IMG/VR virus record: IMGVR_UViG_3300017963_000011
Coordinates: 1-64,000 of that record
Source of the DNA: a virus
Reading direction: 5' to 3' (one strand)
Length of the DNA stretch: 64,000 nucleotides
Shown here: piece after piece, positions 57,592-64,000 of the stretch
Numbering within the stretch: the first letter of the stretch is position 1
How the letters are laid out: the number at the start of each line of letters is the position of its first letter
Translations under genes and position numbers: made by a program
Notes under the pieces: generated by a model
What the model was told of the DNA's origin: nothing
Databases searched by the model: none
What the model saw: the letters and a program-made list of their open reading frames with translations, nothing else

Positions 57592-58300
57592 GTGTCACAT
57601 CTCCTTCTAGTGTAAACCTGATTGCGAGGCCAGCGCGGGCTGCGTATTCGTCCTCGTTAGTCACCATGATGAGTTGAATATCGAACTCGTCTACTATCTT
57701 ATGCAGCAGATCCATGAAGTAGTCACGTCGATCTGGAGAAAGATTGGTTACTGGCTCGTCAGCAAACAAGATACGATCTGGATCGGTCGGGTGGTTCACG
57801 AGCAAGATGATGCGAAGAATGAAGAATGCCACATCGGCTGCTCCACCACCAGTACATTCGAGGATGGGTTGCTCGATGGTAGCGCTACCATACTGACGAG
57901 TGACTGTGAAATAGGTTTCTAGTTGGTTCCTTTTCTCTATGGTCTTAATGTTGAAAGATACGATGTTGTCGTTGACCAGTTTCTGCAAGATGTCTGTGAT
58001 GACAGCCTGGATCGCCTTTGTTGGATCGTGTTCGAGAAGATAGTCAGATGTTGCTACGAGTAGCTTGTGAACGTTCTCCTCGATCTTGAGCGTCACCTTC
58101 TTTTCTTTTATAGTCCCTTGGATCTTTTTGGATTGCTCGATCAAGAGCGCAGCGTTGGCCGCTCTCGCGAGTTGCTCCCGCGACACCTTCTTCGAGATCT
58201 CTCTGGCGAACTTGCGCTGCTCGGCCGCCGTCTTGGTTCCGAGCTTGGAGTCCTGTAACTGATACAAGACCGTTTTCATTTGTATCAAGTCAGCGATCAT
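57557..58300 (-). CDS. SbcC/Rad50-like ATPase, C-terminal half
   Basis: Signature-like TGGG, Walker B ILFADEP, QLIMVTN; start re-called at 58300. Confidence 0.8.
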   Translation of the reverse strand: MIADLIQMKTVLYQLQDSKLGTKTAAEQRKFAREISKKVSREQLARAANAALLIEQSKKIQGTIKEKKVTLKIEENVHKLLVATSDYLLEHDPTKAIQAVITDILQKLVNDNIVSFNIKTIEKRNQLETYFTVTRQYGSATIEQPILECTGGGAADVAFFILRIILLVNHPTDPDRILFADEPVTNLSPDRRDYFMDLLHKIVDEFDIQLIMVTNEDEYAARAGLAIRFTLEGDVTRARVQENNGNE

Positions 58301-58692
58301 ACGTCGACTTCCTCGTTGAGGATCTTGTAAACCATGCGAGACGCCCGAAAGTAGCCTTGCTGGTACGGATCTTGGAATTCTTCCGGGCCTTCTGGCATGT
58401 GTATGCCTTCTACCCATCTGAAGAGGCGAGCGATGGTTTCGTACTTGGCCTGATTCATCAAGGCCATGATGATTGCCCAATCCTTGAGCATCCCACATGT
58501 TTCCATGCTGTCTGCGGCTTTTCTAGCCTCGATTACGTCGGCCGGCGGTTTGTAATACACTTCAAGCGTGTCAATGACGGCTTTGAGATGTCTCGCCTCA
58601 ATCTCTATGTCATAGGTAAAGCCTTCAGTGTGCTCCGCTAGTGCCTGCTTGATCGCATCAATGGCTTCTCCAAACTCTTTCTCTTTGTTCAT
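58297..58692 (-). CDS. Hypothetical protein
   Basis: ATGA-coupled. Confidence 0.65.
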   Translation of the reverse strand: MNKEKEFGEAIDAIKQALAEHTEGFTYDIEIEARHLKAVIDTLEVYYKPPADVIEARKAADSMETCGMLKDWAIIMALMNQAKYETIARLFRWVEGIHMPEGPEEFQDPYQQGYFRASRMVYKILNEEVDV

Positions 58693-58973
58693 TCTTCACC
58701 TTCCAGCTTGTCCAGAGCAGCCTCAACCTCGGAGATCTTCTTGTCCAAAGCCTTGTTGAGCTTCTTCTTACGAATGACGATGTGCTTCTTCAACTTGTCA
58801 TGATCTTCCGGTTTCTTCACACCAAGCTCGCGTAGGCGCTCATAGCAACCCTCTCGCTCCTTGGCGAGAGCCTTTAACTGACCATCAAGTTCGGCACAGC
58901 CCTTGGCCAGCTTGTCGACCTTCTCTGTCAGGTCGTTGAACTTGTCTCTCAGCGTCGGAGTCTCTTCAGACAT
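58689..58973 (-). CDS. Short coiled-coil protein
   Basis: Heptad-rich; GAGGTGG RBS. Confidence 0.7.
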   Translation of the reverse strand: MSEETPTLRDKFNDLTEKVDKLAKGCAELDGQLKALAKEREGCYERLRELGVKKPEDHDKLKKHIVIRKKKLNKALDKKISEVEAALDKLEGEE

Positions 58974-59830
58974 AGTTCCACCTCGATCTCACTGTATGTT
59001 GAATTCTTGGCCAGAGTTCTCACCACATCCTCGATACGGAACGCGCCCATCTCCTTCGATAGCGACTTGAGTGCCGATACCGCGTCATCGAGTCTTTGCT
59101 GGCGCACCACATCTTTCTGGCTTGCCTTCTCAGGTACGGAAATGACATCCTCGGCAGGCTTTGCTGACTGAAGGGCTCTGAAGTAGGCATCGACTTCTCC
59201 TCGCTTGGAGATCTCGATAATTGCAACGCTTGGAACTTTGCAAATGTCCTCGCTGGATCTTCCGATACGGGCAATAGCCCCAGGTGCGACAAAGTGAACT
59301 CTCTTACCACCTCTTGTTTTGATGACGTGATAACCTTGACCTGGATGATAATCGCTGACGAGGAAGATGTCGCCTGGGCCTTCGTAGTCGGTCCAAAGGT
59401 GATGGGGCCACATGACTGGTTTTCTGACGAATTGCTCATGGCGACTGTGTACCTTCATCCCGTTGACAGGTATCAATAGATAGCCCTCATGGAGTATGAT
59501 CAAGTTCATCTCCATGAGGGTCTTGAGAGCAGATTTCTCTCGCCAGTCTTCCCAGCGCCCACGCCATTCGTGGTTTCCGAGAACAACGTGAATAGGCAAT
59601 AGGCGTTTTGGAATTTTATCGAAGAACTCCAGTACCCGATTGAGGAGATACACAGACTGGTGGGCTTGATCGAAGAAGTCGCCACCATGGATGATGTAGT
59701 CGACTGACAACTCAGTGGCGATCTCGGCTACCTCAATCAGTTTGAGCATCAACGAATCAAGGTAGTTGTCGATCCGCGAAACCGGGTTCTTCTCCTTGAG
59801 ATGAGTGTCTGTTAGGTAGAGGATCTTCAT
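58949..59830 (-). CDS. SbcD/Mre11-like metallophosphoesterase nuclease
   Basis: LTDTH, GGDFFD, LGNHE, PGAIAR. Confidence 0.9.
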   Translation of the reverse strand: MKILYLTDTHLKEKNPVSRIDNYLDSLMLKLIEVAEIATELSVDYIIHGGDFFDQAHQSVYLLNRVLEFFDKIPKRLLPIHVVLGNHEWRGRWEDWREKSALKTLMEMNLIILHEGYLLIPVNGMKVHSRHEQFVRKPVMWPHHLWTDYEGPGDIFLVSDYHPGQGYHVIKTRGGKRVHFVAPGAIARIGRSSEDICKVPSVAIIEISKRGEVDAYFRALQSAKPAEDVISVPEKASQKDVVRQQRLDDAVSALKSLSKEMGAFRIEDVVRTLAKNSTYSEIEVELCLKRLRR

Positions 59831-60387
59831 AGCGCGTCCACCCAACAGAACTTTTCTGCCAAGTCTGGATAGCGCTCGTCTATTGGTACTTTACGTTTGT
59901 CACCTGGAGTGCGCTTCAGCACCAACAAACCATGATGTTTGGCTGAGTCCTCTGGATCGAGCGCTGCGAACCCTTCCAAGTTCTCCCTGAACGGAGGGTA
60001 GAGGATGGCATTTTGACCGACACGAGTTAGTACAGCATAGACTACCTCGCGACTGATGTGGATGAACGTAGCCTGCAAACCTATACCAGTGCCAGCGTTG
60101 ATACGCTTGCCCATTGTGAGTTGATGGTCCTCTAGCTGTTTGTCGAAATGAATGGCGAAACCCTTGCGCTTGGGAATCTTCTTGGTTGGGATGTATTTTG
60201 CTTCGATGCCAAGAAAGCTAGAGGCCAAGAGAGTGTTGTCTACGCAGTAGACGTAATCCGGCATTCCCTTCTTTTGGAAGATGCTGCCATGGATCTTGGT
60301 GCCGATCGCTATGAATTCTCGGTACACCCACATCAACGCCGCATGGAATTGGCCGGCGTATTCGTTTTCCTTTTTCTTTTTACTCAT
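59827..60387 (-). CDS. PD-(D/E)xK nuclease / Holliday junction resolvase-like
   Basis: KIHGS..Q.KGMPD...GIEAK...HQ. Confidence 0.7.
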   Translation of the reverse strand: MSKKKKENEYAGQFHAALMWVYREFIAIGTKIHGSIFQKKGMPDYVYCVDNTLLASSFLGIEAKYIPTKKIPKRKGFAIHFDKQLEDHQLTMGKRINAGTGIGLQATFIHISREVVYAVLTRVGQNAILYPPFRENLEGFAALDPEDSAKHHGLLVLKRTPGDKRKVPIDERYPDLAEKFCWVDAL

Positions 60388-61909
60388 CGAAGAAGTCATC
60401 CTCCTCGTCTTCATCTTCACTGTCATCTACCAGATCGTCTTGAGGCTCTGATCTCTTGAACTCCGAGAAACCCATCTTCCAGAGTTCCTTGCGGAGATAG
60501 AAGTCGCGTGGTTGAAAGTACCTGCCCTTGACGCATTGAAGCCTGAGTAGTTGATCTGAAAGAGGCAGAAGGCCCCACATGCCGTCGAGATTGTCCATGA
60601 TTTTATCGGCATCTCTCAGGTGCTTGGCCGTGAGTCGCTTGACACCCTCGGCCGATCGGTTCAACTGGAGCGCGGAGAGGATCGGTATTTCACGGGCTCT
60701 GGCAAAACCGTGTAACTGTTCGGCGAGTTGACCCCAATACAGATCGGGCCTTTGAACGTTCGGGGGTACGTAGAGTAGGTTGAAGTAGTCAATGATAACA
60801 AGGACATCTTTCCTACCATGCTTGGCAAGGAAGTTGTCAACCATTCGGAAGATGGTTGTGAGCTTTGTCTGGAGCGGGATGTCGACGATTTGATAGTTCT
60901 CGTTGTCTTCGATCGTATTGATCCAAGCATCGACACCCTCCTGTACTTGAGCAATCGTCTCGTCTGAGACTTGCTTGGTCATTAAAGCCTCGAAGCTCAC
61001 GCCACAAAGATAGGCCATAATGCGATAGCGAAGTTCTTCAAGGACTGGCATTTCAAGATTGAACTCCAGCACGAGATGGCCTGCCGTAGCAGCCACGTTA
61101 CCGCACTGGAGAAGTAGTGCAGACTTACCTATACCAGAACGGGAGGCGAACATGTAGAGGCGTTTGTCCATCCACCCGCCGATATTCTCTGTGAGTTTGG
61201 GAAAGGGAGTAGGCAATCCTTTGACGATGCGGTTGCCATCCTCATCGACGTCTAGCTTGTCAATGCGGAGCTGCTCAACGCCATCTGGGAGGATCTCCGT
61301 GACGTTATAGATACGCACAGAGGTGCCCATCGTATCGAGCTTGATCTGCTCGGTCTTGGTTGCAACATGGTCTAGGGTGAAGATGCTACGATCTCGTTCA
61401 CCCGACTTGATCATGAGCTTGCACTCTTCTTTGTAATCGCAAGTGCGGCACTTCTCTTCCTTCTTGTCATAGTTGCCCATGCATCTAAGGGTATAGAAGG
61501 CCGCCATCTCCCGAGTCAGCACCTTGTGTCTGAACTCCCGATACTCGAAGATGAGATCGTCAAGCCGTTCTTTCCACTCCCCTAGCTTGATCTTCCTGTG
61601 CTTGCGTAGCTCGTTCCACTTCTTCTTGTAAGATGCGATCCTGGCACGGCCTGCCCGTCTAGTTAGGAGCATCTTCTTCACATAGGAGAACGTCACAAGC
61701 TCCGCATGTTTCTCGTAGTATTCTAGCGCGCAGTGTGCAATGAAGATGTTTTCTTTCTTGCCATGCGTCATCTCCGTGCGCTCCGAGAACTCATAGAAGA
61801 GATCCTCGCTATAATCTGCACGGGCATAGTGCTCGACGGCCTTTGTATTGCTAACTAATCCAGCAACCACGAGCGTATGCGTGTCTGGCGCCTTCGAAGC
61901 CATACTCAC
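60380..61909 (-). CDS. DnaB-like replicative helicase
   Basis: ASRSGIGKS, FNLEM, IIDY, LQLNR. Confidence 0.92.
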   Translation of the reverse strand: MSMASKAPDTHTLVVAGLVSNTKAVEHYARADYSEDLFYEFSERTEMTHGKKENIFIAHCALEYYEKHAELVTFSYVKKMLLTRRAGRARIASYKKKWNELRKHRKIKLGEWKERLDDLIFEYREFRHKVLTREMAAFYTLRCMGNYDKKEEKCRTCDYKEECKLMIKSGERDRSIFTLDHVATKTEQIKLDTMGTSVRIYNVTEILPDGVEQLRIDKLDVDEDGNRIVKGLPTPFPKLTENIGGWMDKRLYMFASRSGIGKSALLLQCGNVAATAGHLVLEFNLEMPVLEELRYRIMAYLCGVSFEALMTKQVSDETIAQVQEGVDAWINTIEDNENYQIVDIPLQTKLTTIFRMVDNFLAKHGRKDVLVIIDYFNLLYVPPNVQRPDLYWGQLAEQLHGFARAREIPILSALQLNRSAEGVKRLTAKHLRDADKIMDNLDGMWGLLPLSDQLLRLQCVKGRYFQPRDFYLRKELWKMGFSEFKRSEPQDDLVDDSEDEDEEDDFFDE

Positions 61910-62349
61910 ACCGTTTCATACTCGATCGTGACAAAGCAAAAATAGATCAGTTCTTCTTCCTCATTCTTGAAGAATTCCAGGCGTGTGAGCCTGACCTCCA
62001 GAATGAGTTTGTGTTTCACCAGGACATTCACGATGTCCTTGAGCTTGGCTTTCTTCTTGCCTTTGCCAAGAGTTGTCTTGGCTGGTACGTAGCCGATGTT
62101 GAGCCACCCTCTGGAACCAGAGTAGACGTCGATCGCCACAGCCTTGTCATCGTGTTCGTTCTCTGGTTCAAGCCTGAGTCTTGTTCTGATCGATGCCAGC
62201 CCTTGCTTATATTTCAGGCGAGACAAGGCGTCCTTGAGCTTTCCCCCGGCTCTCTTCTTGAGAACCCTCCGTAGCTTCTTCAGGATAGCCTGACGGCCAT
62301 CCATTGTGACGCCGGCAACCCTGAATGTATAGACTTGTTCCATCCTCAC
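61906..62349 (-). CDS. HIRAN domain protein
   Basis: VAGVT...LEPENEHDDKAVAI...IGYVP. Confidence 0.85.
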   Translation of the reverse strand: MRMEQVYTFRVAGVTMDGRQAILKKLRRVLKKRAGGKLKDALSRLKYKQGLASIRTRLRLEPENEHDDKAVAIDVYSGSRGWLNIGYVPAKTTLGKGKKKAKLKDIVNVLVKHKLILEVRLTRLEFFKNEEEELIYFCFVTIEYETV

Positions 62350-63506
62350 CCCTCATCATTCTCGGCGCCGCGAATGGTAGCGCTACCACCAAGCGATAGC
62401 TTCTTGGCGCATGCTTCCGGGAGCGGTTCAAGAGTAAATGGACAGATCTCGTGTTCTTGTAGGAAGAGATAGAGATCGTATTGAGCTTCTTCAAGCTCGT
62501 CACGTTTTTCATGAAGATTGTGGTCGACATCTAGCAAGTATTGCTCGACAACTTCTATACGCTTTGCCTGATCCACCACTTGTAAGTACGCACTGTAGAG
62601 TGCCTCGATATCTTCGACACCTTCCCCGGCGGCGAGTAATTCAGAAGGTTCGAGGTCTGGGATCTCAGGAATGCGATTAGTGATTTCTATGATCGAACCA
62701 AGGGAACTGATCTCCTCGACTATAGCAGTAGAATCAATAACCTCAAGGCTTGCGCGCAAGTCTGCAAGTTCTTCCTTGACGGCCGCGCTTTCAGCATTGA
62801 TCTGTTTGAGCTTCTTACTCTTGAGGATCACCTTAGACAAACGTTGGTGCTCGGCTAAGAGTTCATCACAACATAGATCATCATCCGGGATTGTGGCTTG
62901 GATGTTCTCGATCTCTACCTTTTTATTCTCTAACTCTTCCTGAGCCGATGTGATGTCTTGTTTGATGTTGCGGATCTGTGCGTTGGTTTCTTTGAGCGCA
63001 CTATCCACAGCGTTACGGCCAGACATAGAACCAAGAAGTTTCGATATCTTCGATGGCTTGAGAGCCAGTGGCAAGATGCGATCGAACTGGCCTATGAAGT
63101 TGAGCGAGACCTTCTCGTTGACGTCTTCGATGTCAAGGTTGGCGATGCGTGTGCGCTTAATCAAACCCTCTGGGATCTGCTTCTTGTACTTGCGCCAGGG
63201 CTCTTTCTCACCGGAGACTTTGATGTAGTCGTCGAGGACTCTTCCGGTTGCTGAAATATCAGTGTGCCGCTTCAGCTTGTAGTCGGTGTGATCGACAAGA
63301 ACTGCCATGTCAGTTTCGCCGCACCGTATCCACGCCTTGCCCAGAAGATAGGCGTAACGGGTTCCTCGTATGAACGAGGACTTACCAGAGTCAGTCGATC
63401 CGTGAATTGCGACTAGCCTTATAGGTTCTCCGTCGCTACCAGTCAAGGTCAATGTCGTCGTCTTGTGACTCTGAAAGTTCCGAAACTTCGTCTTCCTGAT
63501 CGGCAT
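62346..63506 (-). CDS. SbcC/Rad50-like ATPase, N-terminal half
   Basis: NFQSH, Walker A GSTDSGKS, Q-loop FIGQFD, coiled coil, ICPF; start re-called at 63506. Confidence 0.85.
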   Translation of the reverse strand: MPIRKTKFRNFQSHKTTTLTLTGSDGEPIRLVAIHGSTDSGKSSFIRGTRYAYLLGKAWIRCGETDMAVLVDHTDYKLKRHTDISATGRVLDDYIKVSGEKEPWRKYKKQIPEGLIKRTRIANLDIEDVNEKVSLNFIGQFDRILPLALKPSKISKLLGSMSGRNAVDSALKETNAQIRNIKQDITSAQEELENKKVEIENIQATIPDDDLCCDELLAEHQRLSKVILKSKKLKQINAESAAVKEELADLRASLEVIDSTAIVEEISSLGSIIEITNRIPEIPDLEPSELLAAGEGVEDIEALYSAYLQVVDQAKRIEVVEQYLLDVDHNLHEKRDELEEAQYDLYLFLQEHEICPFTLEPLPEACAKKLSLGGSATIRGAENDEG

Positions 63507-64000
63507 CTTCGTCTTCTTCCTTCTTGAGCGTTTCGACCTGATCTCTGAGCTTGTTGAAGGTCGTTGGGTAGTTCGCACACCACTCGCGCACTGCACGCAT
63601 TCCCTGGCCGATGGTCTTCTCCTTGTAGCTGAACCACCCGTTGCTGGCCTTCTCGATCAGATCGAATGAGATAGCATCCTCGATGATGAGTGTGTACGGG
63701 CAAAAGCCCTCACCGTAGTAGAAGGGGATCTCTACCTCTTTGCCGAGACAGGGGCCGACCTGATCCTTCTTGATGACAACCCGGATCACATGGCCGACAG
63801 TCTCACCCTTCTCCTTGAGGTTGCGCAACTTGTTCATGAAGATCCGCATGGCCGCGAAGTGGCGAAATGCCTTGGCGCCGGGCGAGTCCCAATAGACGTA
63901 GTTCGAGCCCTTCTGCTGAACGAGGCGAGCCTGATTGAGCCATACTACGCAGCAACGGCTTTTGCCAACAGGACCAGAGATCTTGCGGCAATGCTGGGAC
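63436..64000 (-). CDS. recA: RecA/UvsX recombinase (5' part outside window)
   Basis: SQHCRKISG...WLNQAR...PGAKAFRHFAAMRI...IKKDQVGP...WFSY....IGQG. Confidence 0.85.
   Translation of the reverse strand, partial: SQHCRKISGPVGKSRCCVVWLNQARLVQQKGSNYVYWDSPGAKAFRHFAAMRIFMNKLRNLKEKGETVGHVIRVVIKKDQVGPCLGKEVEIPFYYGEGFCPYTLIIEDAISFDLIEKASNGWFSYKEKTIGQGMRAVREWCANYPTTFNKLRDQVETLKKEEDEDADQEDEVSELSESQDDDIDLDW

Larger units (their letters stand above)
2170..62386. repeat. Dispersed palindrome GTAGCGCTAC (consensus TGGTAGCGCTACCA), 19 copies
   Basis: Core starts at 2170, 6228, 7972, 9923, 11907, 16471, 17816, 21628, 22698, 28022, 29737, 35059, 40791, 44130, 49717, 52584, 55617, 57879, 62377. Confidence 0.95.

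Noticed and set aside
2170-62386. Palindromes as a CRISPR array, REP/MITE or IS ends
   Set aside because: Only 10-18 bp, kilobases apart, flanks unrelated, no spacers, transposase or target duplications
63429-63441. Near-matches to the palindrome (TGGTAGCGAC at the recA stop; GGTAGCACCAT near 2635; GTAGCGCATACC near 51869)
   Set aside because: Not exact cores, so left out of the count; may be degenerate sites
1-64000. Archaeal host suggested by GGTGA-type RBS
   Set aside because: Sigma70 factor, sigma70/sigma54 promoters, HU-like protein and M15 endolysin indicate a bacterial host
1-64000. tRNA genes, integrase, reverse transcriptase/DGR, alternative genetic code
   Set aside because: None recognised by eye; long genes read through in the standard code

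Overview
A 64 kb segment of a tailed dsDNA bacteriophage, most likely a long non-contractile-tailed siphovirus with a Mu-like head module. It falls into three blocks. (1) 1-17.75 kb, minus strand: a dense run of small early/accessory ORFs, many with CxxC metal-finger motifs, plus two DNA methyltransferases, ThyX, a MerR-like HTH and a sigma70-family sigma factor preceded by a structured non-coding leader. (2) 17.9-54.9 kb, plus strand: the late operon, with terminase large subunit, portal, a degenerate DNA-ligase-fold protein, protease/scaffold, capsid, connectors, tail tube, frameshifted chaperones, tape measure, many tail-tip/fibre proteins and a lysis cassette. (3) 55-64 kb, minus strand: replication/recombination genes (primase, HU/IHF-like, split SbcC plus SbcD, nuclease, DnaB-like helicase, HIRAN, RecA). 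The main unexplained signals are: 19 exact copies of the palindrome GTAGCGCTAC (consensus TGGTAGCGCTACCA) spread every 1-5.7 kb over the whole window; a CheY-like phospho-receiver domain fused to a membrane anchor as the first gene of the lysis cassette; a perfect sigma54 -24/-12 promoter abutting a sigma70 promoter at the start of the late operon; a ~220 nt structured RNA upstream of the phage sigma gene; and one ~105 aa domain inserted in three different tail proteins. All family assignments are from motif recognition by eye; no database search was run.
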